This document shows positions 11,815 to 24,419 of a stretch of DNA of 64,000 bases, in pieces (within the stretch, counting starts at the first letter, position 1; every line of letters starts with the position of its first letter). The notes beneath the pieces are model-generated. The model made no database searches and was not told the origin of the DNA. It was given only the letters and a program-made list of their open reading frames with translations. The stretch covers positions 16,394,725 to 16,458,724 of the forward strand of contig MU056216.1 in the NCBI GenBank assembly GCA_013239625.1, written 5' to 3'. Source of the stretch: Lama guanicoe. Its lineage: Eukaryota. The position numbers and the translations under genes are program-made.

Positions 11815-12155
11815 TTTCATTGAAGTATATAGTTAGTTTACAATGTTGTGTTAATTTCTGGTGTACAGCATAGTATTTCAGTCACACATAAACATGCGTA
11901 TCTTCCTTTTCATATTCTTTTCATTATAGTTACGACAAGATATTGAGTATAGTTCCCTGTGCTCTACAGTAGGACGTTGTTGTTTATCTATTTTGTATAT
12001 AGTAGTTAGTATCTGCAAATCTCAAACTCCCAATTTATCCCTTCCCACCCCACTTTCCCCTTTGGTGACCGTAAGTTTGTTTTCTATGTCTGTGAGTCTT
12101 TTTCTGTTTTGTAAATAAGCTCATTTGTCTCTGTTTTAGATTCCACATATCAGTG
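11815..12155 (-). mobile_element. 5'-truncated young L1 3' end with perfect 15-bp TSD
   Basis: ttgaagtatatagttagtttacaatgttgtgttaatttctggtgtacagc...ttagattccacatatcagtg. TSD atgtcttgcattttt at 11800-11814 and 12156-12170. Confidence 0.9.
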
Positions 12156-12399
12156 ATGTCTTGCATTTTTAATGATGACAATAATTACCACCTATCACTG
12201 GGCAGCAGGCATCATCCTCGTCTCAAAAATGGTCCTAAAAGTATGACATGTTTTTGTAGAACTGTGAGAAATAACCAAAGCTGCTAATATTTTGCTTCCA
12301 GTTTTCCCACATACACTTTTTGTTAAAAAAAATAAAATGTAGTTTTACATAATACGGTAAATATTCTGTTTAAATGTATTGTGATTACTGCTCAAGATG

Positions 12400-14760
12400 G
12401 TTTTAACTTTCTCATCTCATATCTGTTCATCTGTTTCCAGTACTATTTTGTTCCTTTTTCCTTCTTCTTTTCTATCTTCTGTTAGACTAAAGTATTCTCT
12501 ATTTTCTTCACTGCTACTTTGTTAAAAAGTTAGAGATGATATTTCTATTCTTTCAGTAAATACCCTTGTTCCAATGTATGTACCTAAATATCAATTTGTC
12601 TAACAATGTCTAAAGTTAATTCAGTATCTCCCTCCAGCTCGTGAGTAAAAGAACCTTAACATCTAGTTATCTCCAAGCACCCTCCACTCCCTCATCTGGT
12701 TATTTTGACCAGAATTTTTTCCTTTTACTCTTTTAAACACACGAGAAAGTTGTTCTAGGTTTTTCCATTAATTGCAATTACATTTACAAAGATATCTTAC
12801 CAATTTCTGTGTTCACTACTGTTTATTCTTTGCAAACACCTTCCTTGTTTGTGATGGCTATTCTATGTGCTCAAATACAACTCCTAATAGTTCTTTCAGT
12901 GGGACTCTGTAGGTGGTAAACTTTCTTAGACTTCACGTCTGAAAATGTCTTTGCTTTGCCTTCACTCTTTTTAAAATTGTGGCAAAATAGACATAACATT
13001 TTCCCCTTTTAAGTGTACAGGTCAGTGGCATTAAGTACATGCACATTGCTGTCCGGCTGTCACCACTATCACCTCCAGAACTTTTTCATCTTCTCCACCT
13101 GAAGCGCTGTATCTATTAAACAGTAATTCCCCTCCCCGCAGCCCCTGGGAACCACCATCTACTTTCTCTACAAATCTGACTGCTCTATGTACCTCATGTA
13201 AGTGGAATTATATGGTACAGTTGACCCTTGAATGACACGTTTGAACTGCACAGATCCACAAATATATGTACCTTTTTTGCTAGTAAATACTACAGCATTA
13301 TACAGTCCATGGTTGGTTGAATCTTTGGATGCAGAGGACCCTCAGATACGGAGGGCTGCCTGTAACTTATATGTGGATTAACCCTTTCACTTTTNNNNNN
13401 NNNNNNNNNNNNNNNNNNNNNNNNNNNNNNNNNNNNNNNNNNNNNNNNNNNNNNNNNNNNNNNNNNNNNNNNNNNNNNNNNNNNNNNNNNNNNNNNNNNN
13501 NNNNNNNNNNNNNNNNNNNNNNNNNNNNNNNNNNNNNNNNNNNNTATCCATCATTTGACAATGGACACTTGGGTTCCTCCCACCTTTTGACAATTGTGAA
13601 TAATACTGCAGTGAACATGGGTTTACAAATACCTGTGTGAGCTCCTGCTTTCCTTTCTTTTGGGAATATACAGGAAATAGAACTGCTGGATCACATGACA
13701 ATTCTATGGTTAATTTTGGGAGGGGATTGCCATACGTTTCCTACAGCAGCTACACAGTTTTATATTCCTAACAGCAACACACAAGGGTTCCAAATGTCTC
13801 CATATCCTCAACGCTTGTTATTTTCTGCTTTTCTTTTTGTTGTTTTATAGTAGCCATCCTAATGGGTGTGATGTACTTTCTCATTGTACTTTTGATTTGC
13901 AGTCCCCTGATGATTAGAGATGTTGAGCATCTTTTCATGTGCTTATTGGTTATTTGTATCTTTTTGGACAAATATCTATTTAAATCCTTCGCCCATTTTT
14001 AAATGGAGTTGTTTGGGTTCCGTTGTTTTTGAGTTGTAGAGGTTCTTTATATATATATTCTGCATAGCAATCCCCTATCAAATATATGATTTGCAAACAT
14101 TTCTCCCGTTCCATTGGCTGCCTGTTCACTCTGCCTTTGCTCTTAAGTGATCACTTCTCTGGCTGTAAAACTTAGGGACACTAGGTATTTTCCCTCAGCA
14201 CTGAGAACACTACTTCATCGTCCCCTGGAGTCTGTTATCACTGGTAGGAAGTCAGCTGTCAGTCTAATTAGCATTCCTTTGGTAATATGACTTCTAGCTC
14301 TGGAATCTTAAAAGAGTTTTATTTTAAATGTTGAATAGCTTCACTACTCTGTGCCTATGTTTTCCAGACATGTCTTTCTTCAACTCTGGAACATTCTCAG
14401 ATTTAATCTCTTCAGAACTTGTTTCTTTGACACTGCTTTCATTCTCTACTTCTGGAACACTTATCATAGATGTGTGTTGAAGTCTGCCAATGTATCTTCC
14501 ATGTTTTTCATATTGCAAAAAAATGTTCTTTGAGTAGTGTTCTGGATGAATTTCTCAGCAGTATCTCCCAGCTTGCTAAGTCCCTCTTCTCCAGTGTCCA
14601 GATTAGAATTTATCTTGTCTGTTGAGCTTTTAATCTGACAATATTTTAATATTCTGAAGATTTCTAAAATCTTATTTTTTAAATCCACCTATTCTTTCTC
14701 TATTTTTGTTTATTATTTTGTTTCAATTTTTTTTGTTGTTCCTTTTAGATGGAAGTTATT
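12400..14760 (-). mobile_element. Nested old L1 remnants (an L1MA/MB-type 3' region at about 12970-14130 inside an older L1)
   Basis: Typical antisense L1 text: tagccatcctaatgggtgtgatgtac, tgattagagatgttgagcatcttttcatgtgcttattgg, ctgaaaatgtctttgctttgccttcactc. Confidence 0.8.
13218..13394. mobile_element. Tigger-family (TcMar) MITE fragment
   Basis: TA followed by cagttgacccttgaatgacacgtttgaactgcacagatccac, a Tigger2-like terminus. Runs into N-gap 13395-13544. Confidence 0.7.
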
Positions 14761-14873
14761 CTTTCACTCACCTCTTTGGGCATGCCATATACTGTTTGTA
14801 AGACTGCTTCATAAGGTTGTTTTATTGTGAGTGCATTGGAGTTCTTATAATTGATTTTTAAACTGTGTCTCTT

Positions 14874-14987
14874 TGGGGGATAATTAGGTTTATTTATTTA
14901 TATTCTTTAACTGTAAGTACTGGGGATCGAACCCAAGACCTTCCGCATGCTAAGCATGCAGTCTACCACTGAGCTACACCCGCCCTC
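14874..14987 (-). mobile_element. Vic-1-like tRNA-derived SINE abutting the ZDHHC20 CpG island
   Basis: taattaggtttatttattta...tactggggatcgaacccaagaccttccgcatgctaagcatgcagtctaccactgagctacaccc, flanked by a degenerate duplication (tta..ttgattttta.actg.gtc). Confidence 0.9.
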
Positions 14988-15044
14988 TTATTGTTGATTT
15001 TTAACTGCGTCCTTTTTTCCTTGGTAGTAGATTCGTTTGGAAAT

Positions 15045-15955
15045 TGTGGCTGTGCGCCTGCGCGCCCTCCGCTCATTTCCGCCGCCTGTCCCCGCCCCTT
15101 CCGGAGCCCGGCCCCGCCCACTTGGAGGCCCCGCCCTGCAGGCCCGCCCCCATCGCGCGCAGGCCCCGTCCCCGACGGCGGCCAGTGCGGACACAATGCG
15201 GGGCGGGGGCGGGGCCAGGCGCGAGGCGGCGCGGGGAGGGGTCTCGGCGGGGGCGGGGCGCGGAGCCGGGCGGAGCCGGGCGGAGCTACCGGGAGCGCCG
15301 GAGTAGCCGCCGCCGCCCCGCCGACGGGGGCCTGGCGCGCCCCGCCAGCCCGGGCCGCTGGGTGCCGCGGCCGCCGGCGGAACATGGCGCCCTGCACGTT
15401 GTGGCGCTGCTGCCAGCGCAGCGTGGGCTGGGTGCCTGTGCTGTTCATCACCTTCGTGGTCGTGTGGTCCTACTACGCGTACGTGGTGGAGCTGTGCGTG
15501 TGTGAGTACCGGCGGGCCTGGGCGCGGGCGGCCCTCGGTCGGCGGGGCCCGCGGGGCCGTGTCCCCGCTCCCCGGCCCGGCCGTGCGGACCCCTCCGGGG
15601 CCCGTCCGTTTCCCGTCGGCGCCCGGCAGCTTGGACGGAATGTGCCTTCCGGTTGGACGCGGCCGGGCCGCCCGTCCTCCCGCCCCGGGTCCCGAGGCGG
15701 TTCCTCTCGGCGGACGGCCCTCCCGCCCGGCTCGGCCTCCCCGAGGACGCGGCCCCGGGTGCCCGGGTGCCCGGGTGTCCGAAGGGCCGGCGGCGCGCCT
15801 GAGGGAGGAGACCCTCAGGGCGCGACGGGCAAGCCGCGGCCCCCCACCCCCGCCGCACGCCGGGAGGTGTGGAATCGGGACCCCCACCCCGGCGTGGCCC
15901 GCGTTTGTCCGGCTCCCCGGCACGTACTTGGTTAAAACCGACTTCTGCCCGCGGA
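15045..15955 (+). promoter_or_regulatory. ZDHHC20: ZDHHC20 CpG-island promoter and exon 1 region
   Basis: Very high GC and CpG content. Several GC boxes (ccccgccc, ggggcgggg) at 15089-15258, NRF1-like tgcgcctgcgc at 15053-15063, ETS-like cttccgg near 15098. No TATA box. Confidence 0.9.
15384..15501 (+). CDS. ZDHHC20: ZDHHC20 exon 1 CDS (MAPCTLWRCCQRSVGWVPVLFITFVVVWSYYAYVVELCV; TM1)
   Basis: Kozak context aacATGG and donor GTGAGT at 15502. 118 nt. Matches the recalled palmitoyltransferase ZDHHC20 N-terminus. Confidence 0.97.
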
Positions 15956-18259
15956 AGAGAAGGCTCTGACTCAGGCTTGGGGGAAGGTTTTAAATGAAAA
16001 TGCTTACCTTTCAGAAAATTACTTTTTACCTGTAGGATGTTTAATTTTAAGGAGAACTATCCCTGCAGGTAGGCCCGGAATAAGTTAGTTGTGGAATATA
16101 TTTCCAAATAATAACGGAGTTGCTCTGTTGAGTATTACTGTTCATTTTCCTCCTTTTGGGTACCAAAATGTTTGCCACAAGTGATGTTTGAATCTATTAA
16201 AATTGACTAGATTTAGGTACTTCTTAAAGCTACTTCCGGAAAGTGATAATGATCGTAGGATTCTCATCAGCTCGTGATGGTACTTTTATTTTATTTACTC
16301 TTGTGTGAGCATTTATTCCGAAAGCTGTATGCGTCTTACTTAATACCGTCAGGAAGTTATTCTCTCTCAGTTCTAATTCCCTAGTGGTTTTGGAGTAAAG
16401 CTTTTCAGGAAACATTGAAAATATGCGTTAATGTTGAAATTGCACATTTAACCCATAGAGGGTTGTCAAAAATATCCAAAGGTGTCGTCAGGAAGGGCAG
16501 TTGAACTCAGATTGAGCAGTGCTGTGTGCTCCTGGCAATGGAGAACGTTTCCTTCCTTAATCCTCAGTGTCTGAGCGCAGGTATCTCTAGGGATGGGGGT
16601 AATGAGGCTGAGCGACTCGCTCCACACAGTTGTTGAGTGACTACAAGAATGTGACCCTCAGCTTTCCACTCTGCACGTAATTTATAGTGAGCCAGGAGGC
16701 TCAGTAGAACTGAATTGTTTGGTCCATAATGGGGAGTTGGGCGGGGCAAAGTGGTTGAGGTTTTTGGAGATCAGTTAGGCTTTAGGCCCTTCCTTTGGAG
16801 GTCACACCCCAGGATTTCATTAAAGTAAAACATTCTGCAACAATTAAGGCCCAATGCTTGGCATAGTTTTAAAACACTCAGCGGTGAAAGGTCTTACATA
16901 GGGCCTGCATTTAATACTTAAGAGTTATCAGAGTTGAGGAAGAATTTGGGAGGACTGAGGTGTCGCTAGACTATATAGTTGAGCATGAAACTCGTTCAGT
17001 CTCGTATTGAAACTATCCTTTAAACTACTTATGTGTAGTTTATGTTTTCATAAGCACAGACCCTCCTGCTGAGATATATCAGTGTGTAACTTTATAGGAG
17101 TTTTAAGTTGAGTGAAGTGTGAGTTTTACTTAAAGTGCTGTTTCAATAATTTTTATAGAGTTTTCTTAGTTTCCGGTGTTTTTTTTTTAAATCAAACTCA
17201 ATGGGAGAGAATGATAATTGTATCTTTACATGTCTTAATTTATGTGTTAATCCTCATAATAATCTCCACAACGTTGAGTGATTTGTGCAGGGTCTCACAA
17301 CTAGTAAATGACGTAACTAGAATTGGAACTGAAACGGCTTGGCTTCACAGCCCATGCTTTTCTTTTTAACTACCATGGAAGACTAGTCTGCTTGGTTACC
17401 CACAACTGGACACTCAGGGCAGATTCCAGTATTGTCTGTAATTATTTATCTAAGGTAATTTTCTCCGGAAGGGTAGCAGCGGAAGGCTCCTAAGTATCTC
17501 AGACAACAGAAATGCATGACTCACTGTAGGACATTTGAAAAAAGTTTATGAGAAGCCTTTTGTTCCATCCCAGCCTCCATAACTTACTTTTGTAATTCCA
17601 TACACATAAACACACATATATACACACATGCAGAAATGTATCAGTAACTCCCATTGCTGGTAGGAGTGATGCTGACAAAATTGAGTTGGTAAAAGAGGTA
17701 ATGCATCTGAGACGGCCGTCCCACAGGGGTGATAAGCAGAGAAGTAATGATGGAGTAATTAATAATATTGGTCCTTGATTTTAAATTAAAGTGAAAATTT
17801 TCGATTTTCCCTCAAGGCTGATGTTTAAACATACGAGTTTAGTTATGGATGGATTGACCCACTTTTCCGGTCAAGTTGGTTTTGAGGAAAGTGCTAATAC
17901 AGGTTCCCAGGATTTTATCAGGTCATTTGAAGCTGTTAGTAGTAGACGTGTACCTCTTATTTGGCATGTAGAGGATCTTAGAGCTTAAAGAGATTTTAGA
18001 GATGATTAATTCAGTCCCTTTATTTTACTTCTGAGAAAATTATTGCTTGGAAGAGCTATATGGTTTGTTCAAGGATGGTTATACCGTCTATGTGCTTTTC
18101 AGAGAGAATATGTAGGGTAGAACTATAACATATCTAAGAATTCATTGTGTCTCCTTCATAATTTCTCCAGATTTAGAAAGAGACAAAATAAATAGCTTAA
18201 ACATCAGTGCTGAGCGCACTGTCTTGACACAGTTGATTGCAGTGTCTTTTATTGATTTC

Positions 18260-20150
18260 AAAAGAATCAGCTTTTGATTTCACTTATTTTTTCCATTATT
18301 TTTCTGTTTTCTATTTCATTGGTTTCTTGTCTGATATTATTTCCTCTCTTCTTTTACTTTGGGTTTGATTTGTTCTTTTTCTAGTTTCTTAATGTGGAAA
18401 CAGAAATTGATTTGAGCCCTTTCTTAGGTGTTTACTCCTGTGTATTTACCCCTAAATATGTTTTATTCACATCTCATGAATTTTGATATGTTGTATTTTC
18501 ATTTTCATTCAATTTAAATTATTTTTTAATTTCATTTTTCATTTCACCTTTGACCCATGGGCTATTTTAGAAGTATGCTGCTTAGTTTGCAGTTACTTGG
18601 GGATTTTTCAGATCTCTTTTTGTTCCTGATTTCACATGTAATTCCATGTGGTCAGAGAACATACCTTGTATGACTTGCCCTTTAAAATGTTTTCAGGCTT
18701 GTTTTATGGCCCAGAATGTGGTCTGTCTTGGAAGTGTTCCATGTTCATTTGAAAAAAAATGTATTCTGTATGCAGCAGTGTATTTTGCTGTTTGTTGTTG
18801 GGTATTCTGTTATGTCTTAATGCTCCATAAATGTCAGTTAAGGCAAGTTGGTTGATAGTGTTCAAGTCGTCTGTGTTCTTGCTGATTTTCTATTTGTTCT
18901 ATCAAGTACTGAGAGTTATAGCAATAATTGTGGATTTGTCTGTTTCTCCTTGTGGTTCTGTCAGTTTTTGCTTCATGTATCTTGCAGCTCTGTAATTGGC
19001 ACATAAAATCTCTAGGACTATTGTCCTTTCCGTGAATTGACCCTTTATCATTATGAAGTGACTTTCTTATCCCTGGTGATACTATTTGCTTTGAAATCTA
19101 CTTTGGCATATGGTAGCATGTCCACTGATCTTTCTTTTGATTAGTAATAGCATGGTATTGCTTTAACCTGTTTAGTCTTTATATTTAAAATGTGTTCTTT
19201 GTAAGCAGCATATAGTTGGGTCTTGCTTTTTTAATCCACTCTGAAAATGTCTGCCCCTTTTCCTTTCTTTTTTTTTTTAATTGAGATGTAATTGACGTAG
19301 AACATACTTGTTTCAGGTGTACAGCATAATGATTCAATGTATGTTTATATTGCAAAATGATCACCACAAGAAGTCTAGTTAACATCCATCACCACACATA
19401 GTTACAAATTTTTTTCCTTGTTACGGGAACTTTTAAAATTTACTGTTAGTAAGTTTCAAATATGATAGTCATCATGCTGTACAATCTCTGCCTTTTAATT
19501 GGTATGTTTTGACCATTTGCATTTAATGTGATAATTGATGTGGGTAAGTTTAAGTCTTATCATTTGCTTTTTAAAAAAATCTGTCCTGTCTATTGTTTTT
19601 TCCCCTTTTCGTCCTCGCCTTCTTTGACTTCATCAATTTTTGAAAGATTTTACATTTTAAATTATTTTTTATGATTGTTTTCTCCTTTGTTAGCTTATTA
19701 GCTGTAACTGTTATTTTAGTGATTGCTTTAAGGTTTATAACATAATATTTAATTTATCATAATCTACCTTCCATTGATATACCAGTTCACATATAGTACC
19801 CTATTAAAGGATTCTTCCATTTCTTCTATGCAAGCCTTTATGCTATTGTTGTCATGCATTTTTTTATGTTATAAAACTCACACTATATTGCTATTATTTT
19901 GTTTAAACAGTTTGTCTATTTTAAATATTTAAATAATAAGAAAACGAATCTTATATATTTACCTATCTGCTTACCATTTCTGGTATGCTTCTTTCTTTTT
20001 TATAGATCTGTATTTCCTGCTGGTGTCATTTTCTTCTGCCTGAGGGTTTCCTTTAACATTTATTGTAATGCAGGTCAAGTGGTGATGAATTATTTCAGCT
20101 TTTGTATGTCTGTAAAAGTTTTTATTTTGCCTATTTTTTTTAAAGCAACT
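18260..20150 (-). mobile_element. Old L1 remnant with a nested L1MA-type 3' end at about 19265-19480
   Basis: tttcaaaagaatcagcttttg, ccatgtggtcagagaacataccttgtatg, ttgaccctttatcattatg. Nested part: ttaattgagatgtaattgac...gatcaccacaagaagtctagttaacatccatcacc. Confidence 0.8.
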
Positions 20151-21796
20151 TTGTCGAGATAATTTACATATCACAAGATTTATTTGTTTGAGATGAACAC
20201 TGCAGTGATTTTCAGTGAACTTACCAAGTTACACAATCATCATGACCATCCATTTTTAGAACATTTTTTGTCACCCTAGTCAGATCCCTAATGCCCATTT
20301 GTGGTTAGTTCCCGTTCGCATCCCCAGTCCAAGGCAGCGGCTAATGTACGTTCTGTCTCTGTGTGCCTCTTCTGGGCGTCTCACACAAAGGGAGACATAC
20401 AGGAAGTGGTCTTTTGTGTCTGGTGTCTTTTGCATGTATTTGAGGTTCATCTGTGTTGTAGTGTGTAGCACTGTTTCTCCCCTTATTATCTGCTTCACAT
20501 TCTAATTTGTATTTTTCTGTTTCTAGAATATGTTTACAGTTTTATCTAAGAATATATTTCTAGTAATCCTCCGCAAATTGTGCATTGAATTAGAATATAA
20601 ATAAAAATCTTGCACTTCATTATTTTAAGACTTATAGTATGATTGGGTCCTGTTCATCTTTGTATCCACTACAGAGTCTAGTTGCTGGTAGACTTTTAAT
20701 AATATGTATTGAATTAAATACAATTATCTTCTTACAAACTCACTTGAATCATATTTTTGAGTACATTGAGCAAACATCCACAGTAACAATTAGATCATAG
20801 TTAACCAGCATATATTTCAACATTCTTTGGATTCAAAGGCTACATGATATTGCTTATTGGTTATGCAGTGTTTGGGATTTTGAAATAGTAATTTTAGGAA
20901 ATTATGCTGGTACTGTTTTTTAAAATCTAGCTCCCTAAATGTCATCCTCAGCAATTGATCTAATTATAGGAAAAGTTAAGATATGAATTAAAGTATTTCT
21001 AAAAACCTTTTTATTAATTTTGTAATTTCACATCTGTTTACAGAGCTAGAGCATAATAATTTTCTGTGTAACTTGCCTTTTGAAAGCTATAGTGCTCTGC
21101 AGTTTTCTTTACTTGCATTCTACAGTTATCGTGGTCTTTCTCTTTTCTTTTTTTGAAGAACAGGTTTTTATTCTAAAGACTGCTAGTGATTTAACCTGTC
21201 CTGATATCATTTTCTGTTGATACCAGGAAGCAGATTGGTCTGGGAGAACTCTGTAAATACATGTCCAAAAAAAGCCAAACCCACATGAACAAAAAGAGCT
21301 TTTATATTTTCTTCCTTATAAACAGAACCTTTGGGCCTTCACTGCTTTCTTGTAAGACGAGAAATATGGAAGAGGTGCTGGACAACTTAGCAACCAGGTC
21401 AGGCTATTTGGGAGAACAGCATTATGCCCTAGTCATGCAGGTAAAACTTCTCCTCTGATCACTTCCACTTTGTGGCAGAGAAGACATTGCACACAAACTC
21501 CAGTCTCTAATGTCTGCTGGACAGCTCTGCTTCCTTTTTTTTTTTTTTTAACGTCTCTGCTTGGAAATCTTATAGGCATCTCACGTTCATTGTGTTCAAA
21601 ACAAAACTGAGTTTTTTTTCTCTTTCTTCTCTGCACCTGTTCCTCTGTCCTAGCTCAGTAGATGAGTTTTATCCTTTCAGTTCCCTGGTTGAAAAGTCAC
21701 CATACGTCCATTAATCATCATACCCTGATAAGTGTAGCAGAACTCAGTTGCTTCTCACCACCACTGCCGCTGTTCATTCGAGCCACCAGGCGTCTT

Positions 21797-22235
21797 GTGT
21801 AGTAGACTGAAAAACATGGCCACAGTAGTTTGCACTTCCTCCCCAGAGGTGGAGTCTGTGCACCGACCCAGTGAATCTGGGTTGGCCTTGTGCTTGCTTT
21901 TACCAGTAGAACGTGGTGGGACTGACGTGTGTGATCTGGAGCCTAGACCTCAAGACAGCATGCATCTTCCACTTTAGTCTTTTGGAATGTTGTGGTTGCC
22001 AGGTTAGGGCATTTAGACTGGCCCATATGGAGAGAGAGGTCCAGCTAAGAAGAGCTAAGCACCAAATCCCCCGATGTGCGAATGAGGCCATCTTAGACTC
22101 TCCTGCCCTAGGCGAGCTGCACATTGGCTGGAGCCAGTAGAAAAACAGCCCAGCTGATCATGGCCCAACTGCTGACCCGTCCTTGTGGGAAGTAATACAT
22201 GGCGGTTGTTTCGAGTCCCTAAGTTCGGGGTGGTA
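21797..22235 (+). mobile_element. MaLR (MLT1-type) LTR inside L2 remnants
   Basis: tggccacag...cctccccagaggtggagtctg...gaatctgggttggccttgtgcttgctttt...gaatgaggccatcttagac...cagcccagctga. Confidence 0.7.
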
Positions 22236-23299
22236 TCATCTGTGTCACTGCAGGGCCGTATGTCTCGTCTCTCCCGCCTCGTCTCCCACCCCATCCTCTC
22301 GCTCTGTATCCTGTCTGTCTGCTGCAAAGCAGCCAGAATGACCCCTTCACGATGAATACCAGATCTGTCACTCCTGAAGACTGTGGCTGGCTTCCTCCCT
22401 TGTTCAGGGGGCTCCTCGCATCCTTTCCATGGCCTCGCCCCTCGTTACTTCTCTGACATCATTTCCTTTGCACTCTTCCCTTTAGTTGTTCTGTGGTTGC
22501 CACACTGGCCCCCTTGCTATATACTTCTTTACCTGACCGATGATCTTGATAACTTCTCAGCCTGAGTTTGTTCCTCTGCTGGAAGATGGGGTGATGCCTG
22601 TCTTACAAAATCATGTGACGTTCTTAGCACGGCAGGCTTTCACATGTTGTTGGAGGTGGCGACTAGATGTAAATAGCTACCATATTTTGGCAAGAGGTTT
22701 TTTTTTTTTAATTCTTAGGGTTCCCCCCACCCACCTGCGTGCGCACACTGTCTTTAATGAGTGAAGTAGCACATTCTCACACTTTTTTTAAATTGGCTGC
22801 ATTTGAAGATCATATTGCAAAACTAGGTGCCTCTTTTGCTGTGCTGCTGACAGTGAAGAGTGTGTGTGTGGGAGAGTTGTCTAAGGGAGGGGGCCCTCCA
22901 CTGCATCGTCATGTGGGACTTTAAGAAGATTAATACCTCATTCTATTCCTGTAAGCATATAAGCTACGCAGATTTAGATGTCGCTGAATATGCAGCACAT
23001 CTTCTGGAGCAGATGGGCACCTACGCTCAAATCACTGAAGTAGTCGCACATAATGGTGATTGTGGTTTTATGGAGAATAGATTTCTCCATAAATCATAGG
23101 CAATCATAGGAGGAATAATTTTATAAACATTCTAATTGAACAAACGTGAGCTTATTAAATGTGAGGTCTCCAGGGAAGCTTTTTAAACTAATTTCACGGA
23201 AAGGATATCATCAGCACCTGGAGGCGATAACGCTGACACACCACTGGTCACAGTGTGCGTCACTGGTGCACATATTACAGGAGGGGCGTGGGGGTCACG

Positions 23300-23880
23300 G
23301 CTGCGGCACATCCCACGTACACACGTGCACTGGCCTCCTGACAGCACACTCACCCTCCCCACCCTCCAGAAAGCCAGAGTGAATCTTTTAAAGCCCAAGT
23401 CAAGATCCTTCCTCCTCTGCCCAGCATGCCCCAGTGGCTTCCTCCTTTGCTCGCAATGAAATCCAGAGTTCCTTCTGTGGTCGCTCAGGCCCGAGGTGCC
23501 CCGGCCCACACCGGCTTCTGACTCATCTTCCTTTGCTCATTCTGCTTCAGCCAAGCAGGGCTCCTTGCTTGGCATCCGTCGGGCCTGCGTGGTCTCCCCC
23601 GAGAACCTTTGTACCCGCTTCTCCCCGGAATGCTTTCCCCCAGACTCCCACGTGCCGAGCTCGCACTGCACCTAGGTTTCTGTTTGGGTGTTCTCCCACC
23701 AAAGAGGCTTTGCTGACTACCCTCTTCAAAATAAGTGCTTCCTCTTTCACTTCATCCTTACCCTGCGTTACTGCTTGGCATGTCGTCGTTTGTGCTTCTC
23801 TCCTGAGTAGTGTGTTCACTGCTTTATTTCCAGTCCTGCGTAGCGTGCACTCGGTGGGCAGGCGCTGAATGAGTGAGCTG
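23300..23880. mobile_element. L2 remnant (3' end)
   Basis: aagccagagtgaatcttttaaagcccaagtcaagatc...cagtggcttcc...gtgcactcggtgggcaggcgctgaatgagtgag. Confidence 0.65.
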
Positions 23881-24419
23881 ACTGTGTCGCTGCCACTCCC
23901 CATCCCACCGCGAGAGGGAGAGGCGGAATGAGTTCCCATAGTAGAGGACTCATAATTTCAAATACGGACACTCTCCTGACCTTAGAAACGTCTCTGTGTT
24001 AATTTGGTGATTTAACACTGAACGTTTACGGTGCTCCAGGTGCTGGTTTTGACACTGGAAGTTCGAAGCTGTGTAACAGCACTTGGTCAGGTGCATTAGG
24101 ACTTCACGTAGTAGCGCCCGTCTTCACAGTCACAGTCCTGATTTGCATATTACACATTGTAAGAAACCCTGCTGTAATTAGGTATGTAGCTTTGTTTAAT
24201 CCAGTATTTTTCTAATTTTTTTTGTCATAGAATTCTTTTTTCATAAAACATCTATTTAAATTCTTTTAGAATTAGACAATTGTTGACCTTTGGGAGCAAA
24301 GCTCCGTTAGTAGTGACAGGGGTGGTAAGAGATCGGGACTTGAAGGGACTGTGCCTCTGAAGGAGGTGGCGTTACCGGTAGATATGAAGGGTAAAGGCTA
24401 GTTCCTTTTACTTAGTTAT

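Noticed and set aside
14963-15969. Long overlapping ORFs on both strands (up to 311-314 aa) across the CpG island
   Set aside because: Low-complexity Gly/Pro/Arg/Ala translations are expected in stop-poor GC-rich DNA. Only 15384-15501 matches a real protein, and it ends at a splice donor.
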